A DNA stretch of 63,246 nt, counting the filler. It is 3 parts of 3 records of this genome, joined end to end, with 100 filler letters (N's around TTAATTAATTAA, not from the genome) between each part and the next. Parts side by side here need not be neighbours in the genome. Positions count along the whole stretch, not along the records: positions 1 to 31,487 come from SRR20825006_2866; 2 more parts are not named here. The stretch is one strand, 5' to 3'. Each line of letters begins with the position of its first letter. Positions within the stretch are counted from its first letter, which is position 1. The notes below the pieces were generated by a model, which was given only the letters and a program-made list of their open reading frames with translations, had not been told where the DNA came from and ran no database searches. Positions 1-9,499 of the stretch are shown in pieces. The position numbers were made by a program, and so were the translations under genes.

Positions 1-180
1 GGAAATGGGCACGCATTTCCCTGACTCGCCCTCAAGGCGAAATCGAGGCTGTGAGTTTTCACAGACTTCTCAAGGCTCCTTCTGCCGCGAAGTTAATCCC
101 TCCAAAAAACTACCAACAATGACAACCCCCAACCCCAACCGCTAGGATAGAAACATCCAAAAAAACCAAACCGGAGTCAC

Positions 181-1212
181 ATGTTTGTCGACCTCAGTTT
201 AGGCATCAATGTTGTCATCTTCCTTCTGGCCGGCGCGGTGGTCGGCGTCTGCGGTGTCTGGCTGACAGAACGGGCTGAGCAGTTAGCGCATCTCACCGGC
301 CTGGGACAGGCCATTTTAGGCGCCGTATTTCTCGGGATTATCACCTCGTTGGCGGGGACCATCACCTCAATTACCTCGGCATGGGAAGGCGCGGCAGAAC
401 TGGCCTTTGGTAATGCAATTGGGGGTATCGCGGCACAGACCACGTTTCTGGTGATTGCTGATATTCTCTACCGCAAAGCCAACCTGGAGCATGCGGCAGC
501 ATCGGAGGAAAACCTGATGCAGGGCGTGTTGCTGGTGGTCATGCTGTCGCTGCCGATGCTGGCAATGGCAGGACCGGGTGTCACGATCTGGTCGATCGAT
601 GTGATGTCCTTTGTCATTCTGGCTGCTTACCTGTTCGGCCTGCGTTTATTGCGTCAGTCCCACAACATGCCAATGTGGTCGCCGCGTACAACCAGCGATA
701 CCCGGGCTGAGAAACCCTCGCCGCCTTCAGCGGGGATTCGGTCGGCGGGATATTCTCTGTGGACAGCATTCTTATTACTGGCGATTGCTGTCGCAGTGAG
801 CGGCTGGCTGATTGCCGAAACGGGAATTGCCATCACCCGCCAGACCGGACTGAGTCAGACCTTATTCGGGACCATTTTCACCGCGGTAGTGACCTCGATA
901 CCGGAACTGGTGATCGCGATTACTGCCGTGCGGCGAGGTGCTCTGGCATTGGCAGTGGGCGATATTATTGGCGGCAATACCTTCGATGTGCTGTTTCTGG
1001 TGTTGTCTGATCTGGCATACAGACCGGGCTCTATTTATCAGGCGGTATCAGGCACGCTGGCTTTCTGGATGGCATTGAATATTCTGCTGGTCGGTATTTT
1101 GCTGTTGGGACTGCTGCGTCGGGAACGGCATGGTCTGGGTAATATCGGTTTTGAAGGGGCACTCGTACTCGTGAGTTATGCGGCGGGAGTGACCGTGATT
1201 TTCTCTTATTGA
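181..1212 (+). CDS. Sodium/calcium:proton antiporter (CaCA, YrbG-like)
   Basis: 343-aa multi-TM protein with two alpha-repeat-like segments (ITSLAG...GNAIGG and VTSIPE...GDIIGGNTFD); GGAG RBS upstream. Confidence 0.85.
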   Translation: MFVDLSLGINVVIFLLAGAVVGVCGVWLTERAEQLAHLTGLGQAILGAVFLGIITSLAGTITSITSAWEGAAELAFGNAIGGIAAQTTFLVIADILYRKANLEHAAASEENLMQGVLLVVMLSLPMLAMAGPGVTIWSIDVMSFVILAAYLFGLRLLRQSHNMPMWSPRTTSDTRAEKPSPPSAGIRSAGYSLWTAFLLLAIAVAVSGWLIAETGIAITRQTGLSQTLFGTIFTAVVTSIPELVIAITAVRRGALALAVGDIIGGNTFDVLFLVLSDLAYRPGSIYQAVSGTLAFWMALNILLVGILLLGLLRRERHGLGNIGFEGALVLVSYAAGVTVIFSY

Positions 1213-1307
1213 GTCACACTAAAAACATTGTGACTGTCAGTGCTTACGATGATAATAAGACTGAATCATTGTGCCGTCGGTTGGCGGTTTTTAAGTGAGG
1301 AATTTCA

Positions 1308-1628
1308 ATGAAAACGATTGCTGTGACCACCATTTTGCTGACGATGTTTGCTGTCAGTGCCTGTGGTGTTAAAACATCCGGCGTGCGTACCCTGGGTGGC
1401 GATACCTATACCATTACAGTCAATGATCTGGATGACACCACAGCGAAGGGCACGGCGCTGGGACTTGCCGAGCATCATTGCAGTGAAATGGGCAAAGCGC
1501 TGCTGGTAACCAAAATTTTCAAGCAACACCAGGTGCGTTATCGCTATGACATTACTTTTCAGTGCGTTGATGCCGGCGATCCCCGACTGGAAAACCCTGA
1601 GTATGAAACTATTTACAGGTCGGAGTAA
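1308..1628 (+). CDS. Hypothetical lipoprotein
   Basis: GAGG RBS; signal peptide with lipobox VSAC; two further Cys in the mature part. Confidence 0.75.
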   Translation: MKTIAVTTILLTMFAVSACGVKTSGVRTLGGDTYTITVNDLDDTTAKGTALGLAEHHCSEMGKALLVTKIFKQHQVRYRYDITFQCVDAGDPRLENPEYETIYRSE

Positions 1629-2047
1629 TGTGTCGTCGACAGCGGCTATGGCTACTCTTTTTCTGCTGTTTACTGCTGCCACTTCAGCTTCTGGCACAGG
1701 ACCCGCCTTATCAATTGACGCTTACGGTCACTGATGCGGGGCTGGACCAGCCTGCGGAGGGGATGCAGGTCGTGCTGTTTCAGTTCAGCGAGAACCGTTC
1801 AACCTGGCGGCTGGTGGATAGCCAGGTTACCGATAAAGAGGGTGAGATAGATGGATTCCTGCCGGGCGGGGAGCATCGAGGGGTTTACCGGCTGGTGCTG
1901 AGGAATGAGAAATTCTTCCGGCAGAAGCATGAAGCCACGCCTTATCCGCTGATTCCTGTGGTGGTCACTATTAATAAGCCAGCGCCGGTGGCCTTGTCGT
2001 TAAGCATATCGAAAACGGGCTACAGCCTGTCTCAGGAACAGCCCTGA
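1628..2047 (+). CDS. Secreted transthyretin-like (5-hydroxyisourate hydrolase family) protein, catalytic residues absent
   Basis: Signal peptide followed by TTR/HIUase-like motifs PAEG..V.L, W....S.VTDKEG.I, G.YRLV, YP.IPV, GYS; start overlaps the upstream stop (TAATG). Confidence 0.7.
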   Translation: MCRRQRLWLLFFCCLLLPLQLLAQDPPYQLTLTVTDAGLDQPAEGMQVVLFQFSENRSTWRLVDSQVTDKEGEIDGFLPGGEHRGVYRLVLRNEKFFRQKHEATPYPLIPVVVTINKPAPVALSLSISKTGYSLSQEQP

Positions 2048-2055
2048 AAGCGGGT

Positions 2056-2565
2056 TTATTCTTGGCGAACCCGAATTGAGCGCCAGTATTTCCGTGACCA
2101 GTAGATATTGTTCATGCTGGATATGGTGACACCGAGTCGGGTGGACGCGTGCAGGAAACGGTCCTCTTCCAGATAAATGCCGACATGGTTGCCATTACGG
2201 AAAAACACCAGGTCGCCTGGCTGTAAATCGTTTTTGTTAATGGCCTGTCCCGCCCGGAACTGCTGAGAGGTGGTTCTGGGCAGCCTGAGACCGAAAATAT
2301 CCTGATAAGTCTTCTGCACAAAGGCGGAGCAGTCAATGCCGTGACGACTTTGTCCGCCAAGACGGTAAGGCGTACCGCGCCAGTCCGCATGCTGCTGATA
2401 AAGCCGTGACAGCGTGGCTTCTGTGTGCGGCGCCGCCGGTTGTAATGCCGGATCGAAAGCTGGTGAGGGCATTTTCGGGCTACTGCCGCAGCCTGCCAGC
2501 AGGGCCAGCATCAACAACAGTGACAGAAAGCGCCAGGGCGACTGGAAAACGAAAAAACGCGGCAT
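2056..2565 (-). CDS. NlpC/P60 family lipoprotein (peptidoglycan endopeptidase)
   Basis: Lipobox LAGC; GTPYRLGG, GIDCSAF, PGDLVFF, HVGIY, FLHAS motifs. Confidence 0.9.
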   Translation of the reverse strand: MPRFFVFQSPWRFLSLLLMLALLAGCGSSPKMPSPAFDPALQPAAPHTEATLSRLYQQHADWRGTPYRLGGQSRHGIDCSAFVQKTYQDIFGLRLPRTTSQQFRAGQAINKNDLQPGDLVFFRNGNHVGIYLEEDRFLHASTRLGVTISSMNNIYWSRKYWRSIRVRQE

Positions 2566-2663
2566 CTTAATCAGTGACAACCATTGTGGGTAAATCTGCA
2601 ATATAAATTACAGGCTGCAGGCTGTAAAAACCAGCGGGCTTGTCACAAGTCATCCTCCAAAAA

Positions 2664-3197
2664 TTAATCGGTCAGGTGGTAAAAGGTCGGAATGCTGATG
2701 TTATATTCGTCACACAGCTCCGAGACTTCCTCCCCGCAAGCGATCCGGTACTGCATTTCGGCAATTTGTTCTTTGGACAGTTGCACGCCGGTGTGACTGT
2801 CGAGCGCCCTGCCACGATCAATGGGGGTGACAGTGGCTGTTGGCTGCTCAGCGTCGGATTGCCTGATGTCGGCGATGGCGGTCATGACTTTAAGCGCCGC
2901 ATCATTACTGTCTTTACTGGTATCAATGGCCTGATCCCGGACCACTAAATCGATGCCTTGCTTGCGCAGTCTTTCTGCTATTCGGGCCAGTTCAACCGTG
3001 TTGTCAGCCAGACGATCGAGTCGGGTCACAACCAGAATGTCACCGTTGTGAAGGGCATCAAGACAGGCGTTGAGTGTGTTCTGTTGATCGCCGTTGCCGG
3101 CTTTTTCTTTGAAAACGGTGTCGCAGTCTTTGAGTTTGTCGAGTTGCATTTGCAGCGGCTGACCATGCCGGCTTTCTCTCGCATAGCCTATTCTCAT
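2664..3197 (-). CDS. Serine recombinase (resolvase/invertase) family protein, degenerate
   Basis: GYARES, GDILVVTRLDRL and a C-terminal HTH (ISIPTFY); GAGGAG RBS. Confidence 0.8.
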   Translation of the reverse strand: MRIGYARESRHGQPLQMQLDKLKDCDTVFKEKAGNGDQQNTLNACLDALHNGDILVVTRLDRLADNTVELARIAERLRKQGIDLVVRDQAIDTSKDSNDAALKVMTAIADIRQSDAEQPTATVTPIDRGRALDSHTGVQLSKEQIAEMQYRIACGEEVSELCDEYNISIPTFYHLTD

Positions 3198-3317
3198 TGA
3201 TCACTCCTCAGTTTTTTTACCCTTCACTGGGATAGGCAACAAAATCGGGCGTTTGTTCATGTTGGCGCTGGATTGGCTGAATAGCAAAGCGAGGCCCCGC
3301 GTTGTCAGAGCGGACAC

Positions 3318-3343
3318 AAAAAACCCGGCACAGGCCGGGTTTT
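3318..3343 (-). terminator. Rho-independent terminator of the HDOD gene
   Basis: AAAACCCGGC-ACAG-GCCGGGTTTT hairpin with a U-tract on the minus strand. Confidence 0.8.
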
Positions 3344-3370
3344 CTGGATGACATTCATATTATCCGCTGA

Positions 3371-4216
3371 TTAGCTCATTTTGAATAAAGCCAGTGCCTC
3401 ACGGTATTCCTCGCTGTCTTCATCCAGTTCTTCAACACTGAAACCGGTATCAGCGCCGATTTGTTTGAATGAGACAACTTCATTCAGGGTCAATGGATCA
3501 ACCGCTTTGTCAGTACCGTTATAGCTTTGTAATACCGCGACCTGCACCACATCGACCAGATCCGGACCGTTATCTCCGCTGTTGCGGTTTAGATTGGTAT
3601 GCTCGCGGGCAACGGCCACCAGATTGTCCGGGAATTCCCATTTCTGCAGAATGGCAGCACCCAGACGCGGATACAGATTATCAATCAATTGATCCAGTTT
3701 TTTGCTGTCTCTGATAAGATCGCCGTCTTCGTCGGCCTTCATCAGAATGGGCAGCACACCGATAGAGTGAATCAGGCCGGCCAGCATGGCTTCATCGGTT
3801 TTAATGCCCGGCAGCTTGCCCGCAATAACCTGCGATGCCGCAGCGACTTTGGTGCTCTGTTCCCACAGCGCACGCAGACGTTTATCCAGACGGTTATTGG
3901 TGGCCTGGAACATTTGTTCCATTACCAGACTGGTAACCAGATTGCGGACCATGGAGAGGCCCAGACGGGAAACCGCCATCTGCACACTGTCGATAGATAC
4001 CCGCCCACGATACAGCGGGCTGTTGGCAACTTTCAGCAGGCGGGCTGAAAGCGCAGCATCAGTGGTGATGATATCGGCCAGTTGTTTGGCAGTCGCTTCA
4101 GGGTCATCGACCACTTCCCTGACTTGCAGGGCGACTTCGGGAAGGGTTGGCAGCACAAGCTTGCCGCTGTCCATTTCCTCCAGGATAGTGTTGTAAAATA
4201 GGTCTTGTTCGCTCAT
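3371..4216 (-). CDS. HDOD domain protein
   Basis: LPTLPEVA, D.ALSARLLKVANSPLY, AGLIHSIG, W.FP motifs. Confidence 0.9.
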   Translation of the reverse strand: MSEQDLFYNTILEEMDSGKLVLPTLPEVALQVREVVDDPEATAKQLADIITTDAALSARLLKVANSPLYRGRVSIDSVQMAVSRLGLSMVRNLVTSLVMEQMFQATNNRLDKRLRALWEQSTKVAAASQVIAGKLPGIKTDEAMLAGLIHSIGVLPILMKADEDGDLIRDSKKLDQLIDNLYPRLGAAILQKWEFPDNLVAVAREHTNLNRNSGDNGPDLVDVVQVAVLQSYNGTDKAVDPLTLNEVVSFKQIGADTGFSVEELDEDSEEYREALALFKMS

Positions 4217-4310
4217 AGGTTTCGCTTCTGATAAATGAATTTGAAGTGTTGATGAATTTCAGTTATTTTGCTTTGTTTGCCGACAGTTTTAGCTAATCGC
4301 AGGTATTCAG

Positions 4311-5489
4311 TTGAACGACGAGTTTCCGAGAATCAAACGCCTTCCGCCCTATGTTTTCAACATTGTAAATGATTTGAAAGCAAAAGCACGTGCGCGTGGT
4401 GAGGATATTATCGACTTTGGTATGGGCAACCCGGATAAACCGGCACCGGCTCACATTGTTGATAAGCTGGTAGAAGCGGCCCAGCGACCGGACACCCACC
4501 GTTATTCGGTTTCCAGGGGGATTCCGCGCCTGCGCAAAGCCTGTTGCGATTGGTATAAACGCAAATTCGACGTCGATCTCGACCCGGACAGCGAATGTAT
4601 TGTCACTATCGGCTCGAAAGAGGGCCTGGCGCACCTGGCACTGGCAACAATGGGCCCCGGCGATGCCGTCATGGTGCCGAACCCGGCTTACCCGATCCAT
4701 CCTTATGGCTTTGTGATTGCCGGTGCCGATATCCGCCATGTGCCGCTGACTCCGGATGTCGACTTCTTCGCCGAACTGGAAAAGTCGGTCAAGGACTCCT
4801 GGCCCAAACCAAAGATGCTGGTACTGAACTTCCCGGGCAATCCGACCACACAATGCGTCGATCTGGAATTTTTCGAACGCATCGTCGCTTTTGCCAAAGA
4901 GCATCAAATCTGGGTGGTACATGACCTGGCCTATGGTGAAATCTGTTTCGACGGTTATAAAGCGCCATCGATTCTGCAGGTGCCCGGCGCTAAAGAGGTG
5001 GCGGTCGAGTTCTACACTTTGTCCAAGACTTATAATATGCCAGGCTGGCGGGTTGGCTTCATGTCCGGCAACCCGACTTTGATCGCGGCGCTGGCACGGA
5101 TGAAGTCCTATCTCGATTACGGGATGTTCACGCCGATTCAGGTCGCGGCGATTACCGCACTGGATGGCCCGCAGGATTGTGTTGATGAAATCGTCGCCAC
5201 TTACAAGAGCCGTCGTGACGTACTCTGTGAGGGTCTCAATGCGATTGGCTGGGCAGTAGAAAAGCCTAAGGCAACTATGTTTGTCTGGGCCCGTATTCCG
5301 GAACGTTACCGCGAAATGGGCTCGCTGGAATTCAGTAAGAAACTACTCAAGGAAGCGAAAGTCGCGGTGTCACCCGGTATCGGTTTTGGTGAATACGGTG
5401 ATGAGTATGTTCGCTTCGGCTTGATTGAAAATGAACATCGAACACGTCAGGCGATCCGCGGGATCCGTGACATGATGAGAAAAGCTTAG
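4311..5489 (+). CDS. alaC: Alanine transaminase, PLP class I/II
   Basis: [33 protein letters not shown]; lies upstream of hom-thrC; TTG start. Confidence 0.88.
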   Translation: MNDEFPRIKRLPPYVFNIVNDLKAKARARGEDIIDFGMGNPDKPAPAHIVDKLVEAAQRPDTHRYSVSRGIPRLRKACCDWYKRKFDVDLDPDSECIVTIGSKEGLAHLALATMGPGDAVMVPNPAYPIHPYGFVIAGADIRHVPLTPDVDFFAELEKSVKDSWPKPKMLVLNFPGNPTTQCVDLEFFERIVAFAKEHQIWVVHDLAYGEICFDGYKAPSILQVPGAKEVAVEFYTLSKTYNMPGWRVGFMSGNPTLIAALARMKSYLDYGMFTPIQVAAITALDGPQDCVDEIVATYKSRRDVLCEGLNAIGWAVEKPKATMFVWARIPERYREMGSLEFSKKLLKEAKVAVSPGIGFGEYGDEYVRFGLIENEHRTRQAIRGIRDMMRKA

Positions 5490-5497
5490 GGGGCTGT

Positions 5498-6811
5498 GTG
5501 CAATCAGTAAAAATCGGAATCCTGGGGTTGGGCACCGTCGGTGGTGGTACCGTCAGTGTGCTGACCCGCAACTCAAGAGAAATCAGCCGTCGTGCCGGCC
5601 GTGATATTGAAATTTATCGTGTTGCCGATCGTGATCTGGATAAACCCAAGAGTTGTGATACCACAAACATCAACCTGACGGATGATGCCTTTGAGGTCAT
5701 CAATGATCCCGATATTCAGATCGTTGTCGAACTGATCGGTGGTACCGGTATCGCCAAGGATCTGGTGGTCAAGGCGATTGAGAACGGCAAGCATGTGGTC
5801 ACGGCCAATAAGGCGCTGATCGCGATGCATGGTAACGAGCTGTTTGAACTGGCGCAGAAAAAAGGCGTGACGATTGCGTTTGAAGCTGCGGTTGCCGGTG
5901 GTATTCCGATTATCAAGGCCATGCGTGAAGGTCTGGCGGGTAACCGTATCGAGTGGCTGGCCGGCATTATCAACGGCACCGGTAACTTTATCCTGACCGA
6001 AATGCGTGAAAAAGGCCGTGACTTTGCCGATGTGCTGGCAGAAGCTCAGGCGCTGGGTTACGCCGAAGCCGATCCGACTTTTGATATTGAAGGCATCGAT
6101 GCAGCGCACAAGCTGACCATTATGGCTTCCATCGCCTTTGGTATCCCGCTTCAGTACTACAAGTGCTATACCGAAGGCATCAGCAAAATTTCTCAGGAAG
6201 ATGTGCAGTATGCCTCGGAACTCGGTTACCGCATCAAGCATCTGGGGATTGCCAAGAAAACCGCTTCCGGTGTCGAATTGCGCGTGCATCCAACCCTGAT
6301 CCCGCAGCGTCGTTTGATCGCCAATGTGAACGGGGTCATGAATGCCGTTGTCGTAAAAGGTGACGCGGTCGGTCCGACCTTATATTACGGCGCCGGCGCC
6401 GGCGCTGAGGCCACCGCCTCTGCTGTAGTGGCCGATATTGTCGATATCGTCCGTGCGCTGACCACCGATCCGGAGAATCGGGTACCGCATCTGGCGTTCC
6501 AGCCTGATGCGCTCAAAGATACCCCGATTCTGCCGATGAGCGAAGTGGTCACATCATACTATCTGCGTATTCACACCCTGGATAAGCCGGGCGTGCTGGC
6601 CGATATCACCCGTATTCTCAGTGAAGAGGGCATTAATATCGAAGCTATTCTGCAGAAACAACCGGAAGAACATGAAGGCATGGTGCCCATCATCATGTTG
6701 ACCCAGGCCGTGGTCGAGAAAAATATGGATCGCGCCATTAGTCAGATTGAAGCACTGGAAACCGTGCCTGATTCCATCATGCGCATCCGCATGGAATCTC
6801 TGGGTGGCTGA
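5498..6811 (+). CDS. hom: Homoserine dehydrogenase with C-terminal ACT domain
   Basis: GLGTVGGG, VVTANKA, FEAAVAGGIP, GIINGTGN, GYAEADPTFD; DKPGVLA ACT motif. Confidence 0.95.
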   Translation: MQSVKIGILGLGTVGGGTVSVLTRNSREISRRAGRDIEIYRVADRDLDKPKSCDTTNINLTDDAFEVINDPDIQIVVELIGGTGIAKDLVVKAIENGKHVVTANKALIAMHGNELFELAQKKGVTIAFEAAVAGGIPIIKAMREGLAGNRIEWLAGIINGTGNFILTEMREKGRDFADVLAEAQALGYAEADPTFDIEGIDAAHKLTIMASIAFGIPLQYYKCYTEGISKISQEDVQYASELGYRIKHLGIAKKTASGVELRVHPTLIPQRRLIANVNGVMNAVVVKGDAVGPTLYYGAGAGAEATASAVVADIVDIVRALTTDPENRVPHLAFQPDALKDTPILPMSEVVTSYYLRIHTLDKPGVLADITRILSEEGINIEAILQKQPEEHEGMVPIIMLTQAVVEKNMDRAISQIEALETVPDSIMRIRMESLGG

Positions 6812-6850
6812 TAAAGTCTGCCCACCGAATTTAGTTTAGAGGAAAACACT

Positions 6851-7996
6851 ATGTCATTTCGCCCCCGTTACACTGGACTGATTGAACGTTATCGCGATCG
6901 GCTGCCGGTCAATGACGACACCCGCCTGATTAGCCTGGGCGAGGGGAATACACCGCTTATCAAGCTCAATCATATTGCCAAGGAGCTGGGTAAGGATGTC
7001 GATATTTACGTCAAATACGAGGGTCTGAACCCAACCGGTTCATTTAAAGATCGTGGTATGACCATGGCCGTGACCAAAGCCGTCGAAGAAGGCAGCAAGG
7101 CGATCATCTGCGCTTCTACTGGTAATACCTCGGCTGCAGCTGCGGCCTATGCCTCACGTGCCGGTATCGCCGCTTTTGTATTGATTCCTGACGGCAAAAT
7201 CGCCCAGGGCAAACTGGCTCAGGCGATGATGCATGGGGCCACCGTGATTCAGATCAAAGGCAACTTCGATGAAGGCATGCGCCTGGTCAAGGAAGTCGCC
7301 AACCATGCGCCGGTCACTATCGTTAACTCGATTAACCCTTACCGTCTGCAGGGTCAGAAAACGGCCGCCTTTGAAATTGTTGAAGAGCTGGGCCGTGCGC
7401 CGGATTATCACTGCCTGCCGGTGGGTAATGCCGGTAATATCACTGCGCACTGGATTGGTTACTGTGAGTATTCCTGCGATTCCGGTGATCACGTGACTGA
7501 TGCCTGTGCCTACTGTGGCGGCAAATGTAAGTATGCCGGCGGTGCCATTGTCGGTAACCGTCCGAAAATGGTCGGCTACCAGGCATCAGGCAGCGCGCCG
7601 TTTATGCGTGGCCATATGGTGGATGATCCGGAAACCGTGGCGACTGCGATTCGTATCGGTCATCCGCAAAGCTGGGATAAAGCCTGGCAGGTTAAAGAAG
7701 AATCCGGTGGCTGGTTCGACGAATGCAGTGATGAAGAAATTCTGGCAGCGCAGAAACTGCTGGCAGAAAAAGAAGGCGTATTCTGCGAACCCGCATCAGC
7801 GACCTCACTAGCCGGTGCGTTACGCGATGTGAAAAATGGCAAGATTCCGGAAGGCAGCACCATCGTTTGTACCCTGACCGGTCATGGTCTGAAAGATCCT
7901 GATACTGCTATTAAACAAAGCAGTTCTGCTGTGGTCACTGTTGATGCCAATCTTGAATCAGTTCGTGACGCCATCATTCAGAATATGGCACAGTGA
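6851..7996 (+). CDS. thrC: Threonine synthase (short form) with a Cys-rich insertion
   Basis: [42 protein letters not shown]. Confidence 0.95.
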   Translation: MSFRPRYTGLIERYRDRLPVNDDTRLISLGEGNTPLIKLNHIAKELGKDVDIYVKYEGLNPTGSFKDRGMTMAVTKAVEEGSKAIICASTGNTSAAAAAYASRAGIAAFVLIPDGKIAQGKLAQAMMHGATVIQIKGNFDEGMRLVKEVANHAPVTIVNSINPYRLQGQKTAAFEIVEELGRAPDYHCLPVGNAGNITAHWIGYCEYSCDSGDHVTDACAYCGGKCKYAGGAIVGNRPKMVGYQASGSAPFMRGHMVDDPETVATAIRIGHPQSWDKAWQVKEESGGWFDECSDEEILAAQKLLAEKEGVFCEPASATSLAGALRDVKNGKIPEGSTIVCTLTGHGLKDPDTAIKQSSSAVVTVDANLESVRDAIIQNMAQ

Positions 7997-8000
7997 GTTT

Positions 8001-8519
8001 ATGACGAATCTGCCGGATCCAAGTGAGCGGGAAAGACTGCTGGCCAAGCGGCCGCATGATATTTTTCTGAGTAATCTGATCGGTAACCATATTCTGATCT
8101 TTACCGCGATATCGACCTTTGGTCCGGCTTATATCAACTATCTGATTCTGGTGCCGCTGCTGTCTTTTGCTGCGCTCGGCTATACCTATTACCGTTCCGG
8201 CCATATTCGGCGTGAGGACAGTGAGTTTGTCTGGGCGCACTGGCAAGTGGCGCGGCGCTGGAGCAAGATATTTTTCTTTGTCCTGCTGATTGTCACCAGC
8301 TTCGCCGTGCTGGGCTGGTTGGGTAAAACCTATCTGGGCATGATGAAGGAAGCTGTCTACGCTATGGTTGGTGGCCTGAGTCTTTTACCCACCCTGGTGT
8401 CGGTACTGGTGCTGATTGTTATCGAATCAGACTCTTTGCATCATGCCCGTGTGGGCACTTTGCCCCGCTGGGCGCTAAGACGTTTTCTTGGCATTGAGAC
8501 GGAACCGTCTCAGGACTGA
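8001..8519 (+). CDS. Hypothetical membrane protein
   Basis: ATG 4 nt after the thrC stop; about four hydrophobic segments. Confidence 0.7.
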   Translation: MTNLPDPSERERLLAKRPHDIFLSNLIGNHILIFTAISTFGPAYINYLILVPLLSFAALGYTYYRSGHIRREDSEFVWAHWQVARRWSKIFFFVLLIVTSFAVLGWLGKTYLGMMKEAVYAMVGGLSLLPTLVSVLVLIVIESDSLHHARVGTLPRWALRRFLGIETEPSQD

Positions 8520-9163
8520 GCCAGTCGTTTTTCCAGTTTTTCCCGCCATTCTGCAGAGAGCGCATCGATTTTCAACGCCTGCTTCAAAACAGGCGTTTTT
8601 TCGTTGTCAGGCAGGGATTTGTCGAAATAAGCACGAAACAAACGCTGCACGCTGAGTTGGGCCAGATGCGGCTCAGCAACGCTCACCTTATCGCCAGCGG
8701 CCACCGAGCCGGTCTCAATCACCCTGAAATAAATCCCGGTCGCGGCATGCGTCACAAACAGCCTGGGCATATCATCACGCTCAAAAGTCATACCCAGTTT
8801 AAAGCAGGGGACCCTGGGTTGAGAGATTTCCAGCAAGCAGTCACCCACCCTCAGGCGGTCACCAATACACAGACTGGCTTCGTCCAGTCCCTCGATGGTC
8901 AGGTTTTCGCCAAATTTGCCGAACGGCAGATCCGCCCGCCCAAGCTGTTGTTCCCAGAATGAATAGTGCTCGGCAGCAAAGCCGTAAACAGCTTTGTGTT
9001 CACCGCCGTGATTGACCCGATCAACCTGCTGATCGCCGTCGAGATTGAATGGATTGACATGAATGCGACCCGATACCGGTTGTTTGAAGATACCGGTCGA
9101 TACGGTTTTATTTTTGTGCTGAACCTGTTTCGGCAGCGAAACATTAACAGAACGAACCAGCAC
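8510..9163 (-). CDS. MOSC domain protein (YiiM-like)
   Basis: TGIFK, GDQQ.D..HGG..KAV, FGENLT, SQPRVPCFKL, TG.YFRV. Confidence 0.9.
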   Translation of the reverse strand: MLVRSVNVSLPKQVQHKNKTVSTGIFKQPVSGRIHVNPFNLDGDQQVDRVNHGGEHKAVYGFAAEHYSFWEQQLGRADLPFGKFGENLTIEGLDEASLCIGDRLRVGDCLLEISQPRVPCFKLGMTFERDDMPRLFVTHAATGIYFRVIETGSVAAGDKVSVAEPHLAQLSVQRLFRAYFDKSLPDNEKTPVLKQALKIDALSAEWREKLEKRLAQS

Positions 9164-9169
9164 AGAGCG

Positions 9170-9466
9170 TTAAGGTTGCTCGGAACGCTTGACGACCGAG
9201 TGAATCACTTTGTCGTACTCGAAAAATACTTCAAATTCACCGTAAATCCAGCGGCTGATAGGTGGCTCACCGACAGCAGGCACTTTGGTTTCGGGTGCCC
9301 CGAATGCCTGTTCAACCTGAGTCATATTCATGCCCTGTGACGGACGCTGGACTCCGGTACTGCTGTTGGGCACGTCATAGCGTGGGTCAGCAATGGAGAT
9401 GACTTCTGCCTGCACCGCCGTCAGGCTTAAAAGTGAAGCAGCAAGCACTAGGCTGATGTTCCGCAT
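9170..9466 (-). CDS. Small secreted conserved hypothetical protein
   Basis: Signal peptide (AVQA); P..GM.M..V...FGAP......VG.PPISRW.Y..F.VFFE pattern; AGGAG RBS. Confidence 0.75.
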   Translation of the reverse strand: MRNISLVLAASLLSLTAVQAEVISIADPRYDVPNSSTGVQRPSQGMNMTQVEQAFGAPETKVPAVGEPPISRWIYGEFEVFFEYDKVIHSVVKRSEQP

Positions 9467-9499
9467 CGATAGGCTCCTTGAGTGAGTAACAACAGAATA

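Noticed and set aside
2636..2650. GGGCTTGTCACAAGT resembling a collapsed copy of the MITE ends
   Set aside because: Only 8 bp match, with no flanking TA or spacer motif; compatible with chance
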